Below, in pieces: positions 19,040-27,686 of a stretch of 64,000 nt of DNA. Source of the stretch: Candidatus Poriferisodalis sp. (lineage in GTDB: Bacteria; Actinomycetota; Acidimicrobiia; Acidimicrobiales; Poriferisodalaceae); NCBI RefSeq assembly GCF_965208485.1, contig NZ_OZ242344.1, positions 648,067 to 712,066 on the forward strand, in the 5' to 3' direction. Position 1 is the stretch's first letter. Each line of letters starts with the position of its first letter. The position numbers and the translations under genes were made by a program. Below the pieces are notes generated by a model. That model was not told the DNA's origin. It did no database searches and worked only from the letters and a program-made list of their open reading frames with translations.

Positions 19040-19938
19040 GTGCGGCCTCCGGCGATCGTTGGACCATCACCCATGTGCGCCATCTCGCGCTCAGCTGCAG
19101 CGCATTCGATGAGTGCCTCGACTACTACGCCGGGCCGTGGGGGCTGGAGCGGCTCGGCGACTCGGATGAACAACAGGCGGTGTTGCGAGCCACCGGTCCG
19201 GAACACCATGTGCTGGAGCTGCATCGTTCGGATCGCAACAGCATCGACCACCTGAGCCTCGGACTCGCCGATGACCGAGCCGTCGACGCTGCCGCTGCCG
19301 AACTCGGAAGCGCCGGTGTCACGCTGCTGAGCGAGCCGGCCGAGGTGGACAGGCCCGGCAGCGGCTACGGCTTCCGCATTGCCGACCCAGAGGGGCGCAT
19401 CGTGGAGCTGTCGGCGTGCACCGAAGCCGTGCCAGCGGGCCCCGCCGAGCTCACGCCCGTCAAGATCGCCCATGTGGTACTGAACACTGCCGACATCGAG
19501 TCGCTGTGTGCGTGGTGGTGCAACGTGCTGGGCTTCCGGGTGAGCGACTGGAGCGAACGGCAGATGGTGTTCCTGCGCTGCAACAGCGATCACCATTCGA
19601 TTGCGTTCAACCGGGCTGAGTGGGCATCGCTGAACCATGTCGCCTACGAGGTTCCCTCGCTGGATGCGTTCATGTCGTCGATCGGCCGCCTGAAGCGTGC
19701 GGGTCACGATGTCGGCTGGGGCCCCGGCCGGCACGGGCCGGGCAACAACGCGTTCGGCTACTTCATGGACCCCGCAGGCACCGTGCCCGAGGTCACCGCC
19801 GAGGTGCAACAGATCGACGAGGCCACCTGGGTGCCGCGCACCTGGCCGCGTACGCCCGAGCTGTCAGACCGCTGGGGCACCGCCGGACCCCCGTCCGCAG
19901 AGATGCGGCAGTTCATGGCGGGGACCCCTGACGCCTGA
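19036..19938 (+). CDS. Extradiol ring-cleavage dioxygenase (two-domain VOC / catechol 2,3-dioxygenase-like)
   Basis: Two glyoxalase-fold halves: HVRHLAL... and IAHVVLNT...HHSIAF...LNHVAYEV. The ATG at 19036 overlaps the CoxL stop (ATGA). Confidence 0.85.
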   Translation: MSAASGDRWTITHVRHLALSCSAFDECLDYYAGPWGLERLGDSDEQQAVLRATGPEHHVLELHRSDRNSIDHLSLGLADDRAVDAAAAELGSAGVTLLSEPAEVDRPGSGYGFRIADPEGRIVELSACTEAVPAGPAELTPVKIAHVVLNTADIESLCAWWCNVLGFRVSDWSERQMVFLRCNSDHHSIAFNRAEWASLNHVAYEVPSLDAFMSSIGRLKRAGHDVGWGPGRHGPGNNAFGYFMDPAGTVPEVTAEVQQIDEATWVPRTWPRTPELSDRWGTAGPPSAEMRQFMAGTPDA

Positions 19939-19998
19939 CTGTCTCAGCGTGAATGCAGCGCCGGCTCACGTTCGACTCGCTGGTGAGACGCGCCCGGG

Positions 19999-21075
19999 TC
20001 AGTCGAGCTCGCGGAGCGAGGCCGCTGCCCGATCCACGGCCGACTGATCGCGGCCGATCAGCACCACAGCGGCCTGAACGCTGGCGTCATCGGGCGGACT
20101 CACCGGTTCGATGCTCCAGCGCCGGCCGACGACCTGCAGCTCGTGCCAGCAGCCGTCGGGACTGGCGAACCAGCCCTTGGCCCTCAGCAAGGGCTCGGGC
20201 TGATGTTCGAACCGACGTCCGACCGCGGCGGGTTCCCATGGCCCGACTCCCCGCACCGTGGCCGTCGCTGTCTCGATCGGGTGGCCGGGGGAAGCGGGGT
20301 CGAATGCCGCACCCCGGATCGCTGCGCTCACCAGCACTCTCGGATCGATGCGCCCATGAACCGACGGCACGACCATGCGGCCGGGCGCGATCTCGCCGAT
20401 CCGAGCCGTCAGCGCTTCCGTATGGGTGTCAGCGACGAGGTCGACCTTCGACAGCAGCACCAGGTGCGCCACGTCGATCTGGCGACGCACCGCGACCCCA
20501 ATCTGGGCATCTTCGAGCTGGGCGGCCAGCAGCTGCGCATCCGCCACGGCAACCACGCCGTCGAGCCGGCAACCAGATGCAGCCTCGACGGCCGCCGCCA
20601 TCGTTGCCGGATCGGACACGCCGCTGGCCTCGACCACGATCGCGTCGAAGACGCCCGTGGAGGCAAGGGCTTCGAGCGATTCGGCCAGATCGTCCACCAG
20701 TGCGCAGCAGGCACAGCCGTTGGTGAGCTCGATCCGCTCGCCGGACCTCGATGCCAGTGCCGGCGCTGCCGCACCCTGATCATCCACTGCGTCGGCCTTC
20801 AGCGAGACGGCGTCGATGTTGATCGCACCGATGTCGTTCACCACGGCAGCTATGCGCAGACCGGCAGGATCGGACAGCAACCGTCGCAGCACCGTCGTCT
20901 TGCCGCTGCCCAGGAAGCCAGTGAGCACCGTGACCCCAACGCCCCCCGCTTGGGGCTCTCCTGCGTCGCGCCGGGCAGCTGCGATCGAGCCCAACACGGC
21001 CTGCCATTCGGCGTCGATCTGTTCTGGATGAGTCTGCGACACTGGTCCCGATCCAGGTGCGCCCGGGGTGTCCAT
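19999..21075 (-). CDS. COG0523 / CobW-family G3E GTPase (metallochaperone)
   Basis: GFLGSGKTT P-loop, NGCACC (CxCC) motif, and a CobW C-terminal-like tail. Start set at the ATG at 21075 to avoid overlapping the upstream gene. Confidence 0.85.
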   Translation of the reverse strand: MDTPGAPGSGPVSQTHPEQIDAEWQAVLGSIAAARRDAGEPQAGGVGVTVLTGFLGSGKTTVLRRLLSDPAGLRIAAVVNDIGAINIDAVSLKADAVDDQGAAAPALASRSGERIELTNGCACCALVDDLAESLEALASTGVFDAIVVEASGVSDPATMAAAVEAASGCRLDGVVAVADAQLLAAQLEDAQIGVAVRRQIDVAHLVLLSKVDLVADTHTEALTARIGEIAPGRMVVPSVHGRIDPRVLVSAAIRGAAFDPASPGHPIETATATVRGVGPWEPAAVGRRFEHQPEPLLRAKGWFASPDGCWHELQVVGRRWSIEPVSPPDDASVQAAVVLIGRDQSAVDRAAASLRELD

Positions 21076-21095
21076 GGAGGTTCCTGTAGCCCCGC

Positions 21096-22178
21096 TCAGT
21101 AGATGCGCGGCACGATCCGCCAGCGCACTTCGGCCCGGTACTGGTCCCACAGCGGGCCGTACTTGGCGGCACAGCGGCGGTCGTCGGCGCGTTCACGCGG
21201 CACCAGCAGCGCCACGTAGTACAGCGGATACAGCCACGGGGCCAGCATGGACGGCCGGCCCAGCGCGAGGGCCAAGCCCACGCCCATGGCGATCTCGCCC
21301 AGGTAGTTGACGTGGCGTGACACGCCCCAGAAGCCGCTGACCAGCATGTGGCGCTCGCCGTCGGACAGCGCTTTGGGGGCGATGCCCAAGAACGCCCGAT
21401 CGGGCTCGCGCTTGAAGCGGTGTTTCTGCAGGTTCGCACCCCGCGCCAGCACCCAGCCCCCGAGGAACACCGCCGCCGCAATGACCAGCAGCCACGCCGG
21501 CGCATCGGGATTGGCGAGATCGGCGACGGCCCACAGGCCGACCGCGTAGAAGTACGGGTACCAGAACAGGCACCCCCAGATGAGCTTGAACCCCACCCGC
21601 TCGGCGAACAGGTCGTAGGTGTAGAGGTGGACTCGCTCGAAGACGAGATAGTCGACGACGAACCAGCTCATCAGCACGACATACAGGGCGACGCCAGGAG
21701 AGGCATCGCCGCCGAAGACGTCCCAGTGGTGCGCTGCGAATGAGAGCACGTTCAGCTCGAGCAGCACGGCGCCAGCCAGGTAGAGGTACATCTTGGCGTC
21801 GGCCCGGCCGCCGAACGGCTGCGGGTTTTCGCGACGCCCCAGGTACAGCTCGGCGAGCAAGCCCCGCCCGCTCGTCGGCGCGCCCAGCACCGTGGCGGCA
21901 CTCGCCCCGAGGCCCAGCACCAGCGCGCCGAGCGCGCTCGGCCAGCGCTGCTGCCACAGCCAGTCCCAGGGCATCAGGCCCGTCATGCACAGCGCGCACC
22001 ACACCGCCAGCGTGATCACGAACACCAGCAGCCCGTTGACCCGGTACTGGAGCACCTCGCCGGTGCGCTCGTGGCGCGCATAGCCCGCCATGCGCCGCGC
22101 CGGCAGCACCAGGTGCAGCACGCCGACCGCGGCGAACACCGCCCAGGGTGCGAAGAACCCGGCCACCGCGTCGCTCAT
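21096..22178 (-). CDS. ERG4/ERG24-family sterol-reductase homolog (polytopic membrane protein)
   Basis: LVSGFWGVSRHVNYLGE matches the sterol-reductase signature. C-terminus DDRRCAAKYGPLWDQYRAEVRWRIVPRIY. Multiple hydrophobic helices. Its ATG overlaps the upstream SDR stop (ATGA). Confidence 0.75.
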   Translation of the reverse strand: MSDAVAGFFAPWAVFAAVGVLHLVLPARRMAGYARHERTGEVLQYRVNGLLVFVITLAVWCALCMTGLMPWDWLWQQRWPSALGALVLGLGASAATVLGAPTSGRGLLAELYLGRRENPQPFGGRADAKMYLYLAGAVLLELNVLSFAAHHWDVFGGDASPGVALYVVLMSWFVVDYLVFERVHLYTYDLFAERVGFKLIWGCLFWYPYFYAVGLWAVADLANPDAPAWLLVIAAAVFLGGWVLARGANLQKHRFKREPDRAFLGIAPKALSDGERHMLVSGFWGVSRHVNYLGEIAMGVGLALALGRPSMLAPWLYPLYYVALLVPRERADDRRCAAKYGPLWDQYRAEVRWRIVPRIY

Positions 22179-22969
22179 GTCAGGTGCTTCGTATCGCGGG
22201 CGATGAAGCGGATGGCCGCCTTGCGCGGCACCGCCCGTCCCATGAGCTGGGCAGCCAAGCGGTTCACCCGTCCGGGCACCACCCGCGGGCCGCGGTCCAA
22301 GCGGTCCAGCGTCTGGCGTGCCGCTTCTTCGGGGGCCAGCATGCCGGGCACGTCACGGCCGAACGTCCTGGCATACCCCGGCGTGGGCATGGCCCCGGCA
22401 CAGCACGCCACCACGTCGATGCCGAACGGCCGGAGCTCGTACCAGAGGCTCTCGGCGAGATGGGTGTTGAACGCCTTGGTTGCTGCGTACACGGCGACGT
22501 GCGGGGTTCCCTGCAAGCCGGAAAGCGACGACACCAGCACCACGGCGCCGCGGCCCCGTTCGCACATGGCCGGCGCCAGCGTCTGCACGGCGCGCAGCGG
22601 GCCGCGCACGTTCACGTCCACCGCATGCTGGACTGCCTCGTCGGTGTTGCTGAGAAACGGGCCGATCGGCACAGATGCGGCGTTGTACACCACGATGCCG
22701 ATGTCCAGGCCGGCAGCCGCATCGGCGAGAGCGGTCGCGATCGCGTCGTCGGCCAGGTCCAGCTCGACGCAGCGCACCTCGACCGGGTGTGTGCTCTGCA
22801 GCCGGGCGCGTACTTCGGCCAGCACGTCCCCCCGGCGGGCCAGCAGCACCGAGTTCATGCCGCGAGCCGCGAGTTCGGCGGCGAACGCAGCACCGAACCC
22901 CTCTGAGGCGCCGGCCACGACGGCCCACTCCCCGTAGCTGTCGGGGAACGAGCGGCGCCGGCGTCTCAC
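22175..22969 (-). CDS. SDR-family oxidoreductase
   Basis: WAVVAGASEGFG glycine motif and YAATKAF (YxxxK). The GTG at 22969 overlaps the amidohydrolase stop (GTGA). The longer track ORF up to 23227 is rejected. Confidence 0.85.
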   Translation of the reverse strand: MRRRRRSFPDSYGEWAVVAGASEGFGAAFAAELAARGMNSVLLARRGDVLAEVRARLQSTHPVEVRCVELDLADDAIATALADAAAGLDIGIVVYNAASVPIGPFLSNTDEAVQHAVDVNVRGPLRAVQTLAPAMCERGRGAVVLVSSLSGLQGTPHVAVYAATKAFNTHLAESLWYELRPFGIDVVACCAGAMPTPGYARTFGRDVPGMLAPEEAARQTLDRLDRGPRVVPGRVNRLAAQLMGRAVPRKAAIRFIARDTKHLT

Positions 22970-24627
22970 GAGGTGGGTTCGCCGCCCAGCACCGTGCCGG
23001 CGATGCCGATATCGCGCAACGCCATCGGATCGACCTCGTAGGGGTCGTCGTCCAGCACGGTGAAGTCGGCCAGCTTGCCGGCCTCGATCGAGCCCAGCCG
23101 GTCGTCGCGGGCCAGCACGTGCGCTGCGTCGATGGTGATAGCACGCAGTGCCCGGTCCACCGAGATGCGCTCCCCCGGCGCCATCACCGTCTCGCCGTCG
23201 GCACCCACCCGGTTGACGGCACACCACACCGCCAGCAGCGGCTGCAGCGGCGTGACCACCAGGTTGAAATCGCTGTGCAGGGCGAACGTGACCCCAGCCC
23301 GCTCCAGCGAGCCCAGACGGGCGGTGGCCTCGCTGCGGTCGGGCCCGAAGCCGTGATCGGCATGCAGCTGCGCCCGGAAGTGCACGAAGTAGCAGTTGAC
23401 GCTGGCCAGCCCGCCCAGCGCGGCGAGGCGCTTGGCCTGAGCGGGCGTCGAGATGCAGTAGTGCTCGATGGTGAAGCGGTGGTCGAAGCGCGGGTGCTCA
23501 GCCTGCAGGGCGGCCAGCGTGTCCAGCGTCATGTCCACCGTGCGGTCGCCGTTCGCGTGGGAGTGGATCTGCACACCCGACTGCCAGAAGGGCCGCATCC
23601 GCTCCACCATGTCGTCCCAGGGCACCTCGCCGGTGTGGGCAGTGTCCTCGTCGAGATAGCCGGGCGAGTTCATCACCAGCGTCATTGACGGGTACGAGCC
23701 GTCGTTCACGTACTTCACGCCGTGGGTGTTGAGCCGGTCGTCGCCCTCGGCCCGTTTCGACGCCAGGAAGTCGAGCATGTCGTCGCCGTAGCTGCGGCGC
23801 AGCTTCGGCTCGAAGGGGATCATGAAGATGCGCAGCGGGAAGGTGCCCTCGGCGATCGCGGCCGCGTGGTCGGTCCATTCGGGCTCGAAGCCGTCGGCCA
23901 TGCCCCATACCAAGTCGGCGGTGGTGGTCACGCCGGCGGCGCGGGCGACCGCTCCCATGCGGTCAATAGCGGCCCGGCCGGTGCCCGGCCCGAAGATCGA
24001 GGCCGCGACGGGCCGGTTGGCCCGCGCCGTCGCCTCGGTCTCCACGAACCAGCCGTTCAGCCGACCGTCGGGGTAGCGGCCCAAGCCGTGCCCGACCGAG
24101 TCGTTGTCGACGCCGATCAGGCCGAGCATCGGCGTGTTGGCGTACACGATGTGCGGTGCGTAGGCGCACACCCACAGCGGCACGGTGTCGCTGATGGCGT
24201 CGAGCATGTCCCGGTCGAGGTGCCCGGCTTGGCTGGCCGGGTCGTAGCCCCACGCTGTCAGCGGCTCGCGCGGGTCGCCGTGCTCGGCAACCAGGGCGCG
24301 CAACTGGTGCACCACGGCGTCACGGCTGGGCAGGCCCTTGCGCAGCCCGGTAGGCGACGCCGAGTCGATCGGGCCGACGTAGTGCAGCCCCATGTAGGTG
24401 CCGCTGAGCCGCAGGTGGGTATGCGGGTCGATGAACCCGGGCATGATCACCTTGGCGGCGTAGCGGTCGTCGATCTCGTAGGGGTTGCGTCGCAGCCATG
24501 GCTGCATCGACTGGATTGATCCCACCGACACGATGCGGCCGTCGGCCACCGCCACGGCCTCGGCGTGCGGCCTGCCTGGGTCCATGGTGTGGATCCGGGC
24601 CACCGGGTACACCGTGATCTGTTCCAT
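22966..24627 (-). CDS. Amidohydrolase-3 (YtcJ-like) metal-dependent hydrolase
   Basis: 553 aa. VIMPGFIDPHTHL HxH motif and typical length for the family. Confidence 0.85.
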   Translation of the reverse strand: MEQITVYPVARIHTMDPGRPHAEAVAVADGRIVSVGSIQSMQPWLRRNPYEIDDRYAAKVIMPGFIDPHTHLRLSGTYMGLHYVGPIDSASPTGLRKGLPSRDAVVHQLRALVAEHGDPREPLTAWGYDPASQAGHLDRDMLDAISDTVPLWVCAYAPHIVYANTPMLGLIGVDNDSVGHGLGRYPDGRLNGWFVETEATARANRPVAASIFGPGTGRAAIDRMGAVARAAGVTTTADLVWGMADGFEPEWTDHAAAIAEGTFPLRIFMIPFEPKLRRSYGDDMLDFLASKRAEGDDRLNTHGVKYVNDGSYPSMTLVMNSPGYLDEDTAHTGEVPWDDMVERMRPFWQSGVQIHSHANGDRTVDMTLDTLAALQAEHPRFDHRFTIEHYCISTPAQAKRLAALGGLASVNCYFVHFRAQLHADHGFGPDRSEATARLGSLERAGVTFALHSDFNLVVTPLQPLLAVWCAVNRVGADGETVMAPGERISVDRALRAITIDAAHVLARDDRLGSIEAGKLADFTVLDDDPYEVDPMALRDIGIAGTVLGGEPTS

Positions 24628-24671
24628 GCGCCACCCCCGCTGGTGCCGTGGGCTTCCCGCACGGTTCTAGC

Positions 24672-24938
24672 TCAGCGCACCGAGGTGATGAAGCTCTCCA
24701 GCGCGGCGATGTGCTCGGCGGTGTTGCCCAGGTTGGCAGCGGGGTTGCCGCCCCACTCGCAGGTCGTGCTCTGGCAGTTGATCGAGAAATGGCTGAAGCC
24801 CGCGTCCCGGGCGCCGAGGACATGGTCGTACGTGACGATGTGGGCATAACCGAGCGACTCAGCCGCTTGGGCCCAATCGCGCAGCGCGATCGGGTCGGTG
24901 CCGGTCTCGCACGTCGGCAGGACCGCGCCGAACTTCAT
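24672..24938 (-). pseudogene. LLM-class oxidoreductase remnant (88 aa)
   Basis: MKFGAVLPT...DPIALRDWAQAAESLGYAHIVTYDHVLGA is an LLM N-terminus. The central barrel is absent, which suggests an internal deletion. Confidence 0.5.
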
Positions 24939-24956
24939 GAGCCCGTCGCCGCCGGC

Positions 24957-26177
24957 TCAGCTCAGGATGCGCAGCGGCACGCTGCGCGGTCCCCGGATCG
25001 GGCCCACCGACCACTGGACCTCGGAGGGGTCTACGGCCAGCTCGAAACGCGGGTAGCGCTCCAGCCAGGCGGTCAGGCCTACCCGCAGCTCCATGCGCGC
25101 CAAGTTCGAGCCCAAGCAGCGATGCACGCCCACCCCGAATGCCATGTGGCGGTTGTTCTCGCGATCCAAGATCAGCTCGTCGGGGTTCTCGAAGTAGTCG
25201 GGGTCGCGATTCGCCGACGGGTACGCCAGCAGCACCCGCTCGCCCTTCGAGACGGGGCAGCCGGCGATCTCGGCATCGTCGGTGATGTAGCGGGCGATGG
25301 TGACCGGGCTGTAGTAGCGCAGGAACTCCTCGATGGCGGTGGGCATCAGCTCGGGCTCGGCGACCAGTCGCTTGAGGTCGTCAGGGTGCGAGCCGAGGTG
25401 GAACAGCATCGAGCCCAGCGTCGACCAGGTCGTGTCGATGCCGCCCAGCATCAGCACGAACAACGCACCGATGCGTTCCTTGCGGGTGAACGGCCGTGTG
25501 CCGCCGTCGGGCAACTCGGCCTCGGCCCGCAGCACCGTGCTCACCAGATCGTCGGGTGCGTCGTCACCCAGATCCTCGCGCTCGTCGAGTTGGTTGGCGA
25601 AGAACTCTTGGACCTCGCGGGCTGCCCGCCGTGCGATGGCCAGGTCAATCTGCCCTTCCTTGAGCATCCCGTCCACCCAGCGCCGGAATGTCGGGCCCAT
25701 CCCGGCAGAGACGCCGAACAGATGACCCATGACCTCCACCGGCAACAGCTGCGCGTAGTCGAGGGCGCCGTCGGCGAGCTCGGCGTCGCCGATGTCGTCG
25801 AGCAGCCGTTCGGCCATGGCGACGACGGCCGGCTCCAGCTCATCGGTGGCCTTCGGGCTGAACGACGGCAGCAACGGTCGGCGGACCGGGCCGTGCTCGG
25901 GAGGATCGAGCGTGATCGGCGACAGGTCGAGCTTGATCTTGTCGGGATGGTTCGTGTTGACCGCAGTGACGCGATTCGAGAAGGTCTCGGTGTTCCGGGC
26001 GGTGGTGACGATGTCGTCGTGCCGGGTGACCAAGTACGCGCCGTAGAACCGCTCGGTGGAGGCGACCGGGCAGCGCTCGCGCAGGTCGGCCATGATCTCG
26101 GGCCCGTCGGCGGCCCACTCCTCGCTGAGATGGTCGAAGTCGGTTGCCCAGTCGGTGACCGGCGGTCGTTCTGGCAT
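24957..26177 (-). CDS. Cytochrome P450
   Basis: Heme loop FGVGVHRCLGSNLARMEL, I-helix GGIDTT, and an ExxR region. Start set at the ATG at 26177 (MPERPP); the longer track ORF is rejected. Confidence 0.9.
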   Translation of the reverse strand: MPERPPVTDWATDFDHLSEEWAADGPEIMADLRERCPVASTERFYGAYLVTRHDDIVTTARNTETFSNRVTAVNTNHPDKIKLDLSPITLDPPEHGPVRRPLLPSFSPKATDELEPAVVAMAERLLDDIGDAELADGALDYAQLLPVEVMGHLFGVSAGMGPTFRRWVDGMLKEGQIDLAIARRAAREVQEFFANQLDEREDLGDDAPDDLVSTVLRAEAELPDGGTRPFTRKERIGALFVLMLGGIDTTWSTLGSMLFHLGSHPDDLKRLVAEPELMPTAIEEFLRYYSPVTIARYITDDAEIAGCPVSKGERVLLAYPSANRDPDYFENPDELILDRENNRHMAFGVGVHRCLGSNLARMELRVGLTAWLERYPRFELAVDPSEVQWSVGPIRGPRSVPLRILS

Positions 26178-26442
26178 GTCGGTAAACGCTCCACTCTTGG
26201 CAATCGCCGCGGCATCGTGGCGGCAGGCACAGACGCTGCCAGCGATCCGCACGGACACCGATGGTATTGCGCCGGTGGTTTGCTCCGCCGGAGTTCCTGG
26301 GCGACCGGCCCGGCGGGCAGTGCCGGCGTGCGTTCGGCGCGTCGCACAGCCACTGCGTCGGTACGGCACCGCGCGACCGCGGCGCCGGTCGCCAGGATGC
26401 GCGGCCGCTGCGTCGGCCCGGCACTGCGCGTACCGTGGTGGC

Positions 26443-27615
26443 GTGCCGCTCGACGTCATCGGGATGATCGGCGTGTCGCCGCCCAAGGACGACTCGACCG
26501 TGCACGTCATCGAGGGCGGGCTGTCCCGCCAGTTCCTCGAGGACTTCAGCCGTGCTCACGACGAGGCCGGCTTCGACCTGGTGCTGGTGGGCTACACGTC
26601 GACCTCGGCCGACGGCTGGGCGGTGGCGACCCACGCCGCTTCGGTCACCAAGCGGCTCGGCTACCTCGTCGCGCACCGGCCCGGCTTCGTGGCGCCCACG
26701 CTGGCCGCCCGCAAGGCAGCCACCTTCGATCAGCTCAGCGGCGGCCGCTTCGCGCTGCACATCATCGCCGGGGCCAGCGACAAGGACAATCAGCGCGACG
26801 GCGACTACCTGCCGAAGGTCGACCGCTATGCCCGTGCGGGCGAGTACATCGACGTGATGCGCCGGACGTGGACGTCACCGGAGCCGTTCGACCACGAAGG
26901 GCCGTACTACCGATTCAGCAACGTACGCGCCGACGTGCAACCGCTTCAACAGCCGTCGCCCCCGATCTTCTTCGGAGGCTCCAGCGAAGAGGCATTGGAG
27001 ATGGGCGCTCAACGGTGCGACGTGTATGCCATTTACGCAGAGCCCCGGGCGGCCGTTGCCGAGCGCTTCGCTGACTTCCGCCACCGGGCCGCCGCATACG
27101 GACGCACGCCTCGGTTCTCGATCAGCGTGCGCCCGATCCTGGGCGACACCGAGGGCGAGGCGTGGGATCGAGCTGAACGCATTCTGGGCGGCATCGAGGC
27201 TGCGGGAACCGACAAGCTGACGGTGGCGGGCAGTCACCGGGGCAAGCCGTACGACCATGGCGGCGACCGGATGCTGTCCTATGCCGCCGCGAGCGATGTC
27301 CACGATGAGCGGCTGTGGCTCAAGATCGCCGAGGCCACCGGTGCTCCCGGCAATACGTCTTGTTTGGTGGGCACCGCCGAGCAGGTGGCCGACTCCATCC
27401 TGCGCTATTACGAACTGGGCCTGCCCCCCGGCGGTGGCCCTTCCGACATCGGCTACGTGCTGATCCGGGGATTCGACCCGTTCAACGACGCCGTGGACTT
27501 CGGCCGCGAGCTGATCCCCCGCATCAAGGCAGGCGCTGCCGAGCTCGATGCGCACAATGCTCCGACCAACTCCGACTCGGCAATGGCCAGCAAAGTTACC
27601 GCTGCCGCCGACTGA
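26443..27615 (+). CDS. LLM-class flavin-dependent monooxygenase (SsuD-like)
   Basis: GFDLVLVGYTS...RFALHIIAG...YARAGEYIDVMRRTW...PPIFFGGSS. Start is GTG at 26443 or ATG at 26464. Confidence 0.85.
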   Translation: MPLDVIGMIGVSPPKDDSTVHVIEGGLSRQFLEDFSRAHDEAGFDLVLVGYTSTSADGWAVATHAASVTKRLGYLVAHRPGFVAPTLAARKAATFDQLSGGRFALHIIAGASDKDNQRDGDYLPKVDRYARAGEYIDVMRRTWTSPEPFDHEGPYYRFSNVRADVQPLQQPSPPIFFGGSSEEALEMGAQRCDVYAIYAEPRAAVAERFADFRHRAAAYGRTPRFSISVRPILGDTEGEAWDRAERILGGIEAAGTDKLTVAGSHRGKPYDHGGDRMLSYAAASDVHDERLWLKIAEATGAPGNTSCLVGTAEQVADSILRYYELGLPPGGGPSDIGYVLIRGFDPFNDAVDFGRELIPRIKAGAAELDAHNAPTNSDSAMASKVTAAAD

Positions 27616-27686
27616 GCCTCCGCAGAGCCACGGCTAGCCTCCCGTGACATGAGTCGAGTAGCTCGCTCGAGTCGCGGAGCAGCCCA

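Noticed and set aside
9421-26177. Idea that the Rieske oxygenase + SDR + P450 + ERG24-like reductase form a bacterial sterol biosynthesis/demethylation cluster
   Set aside because: No squalene or oxidosqualene cyclase or squalene monooxygenase is present in the window. The P450 heme loop and length look like a generic class I bacterial P450 rather than CYP51. The Rieske gene sits in a separate plus-strand operon with ring-cleavage genes typical of aromatic catabolism.
24648-27074. 808-aa plus-strand ORF
   Set aside because: It runs antisense to the P450 gene and out of frame through the LLM monooxygenase. Its composition is Arg/Gly/Ala-rich with no motifs. High-GC artefact.
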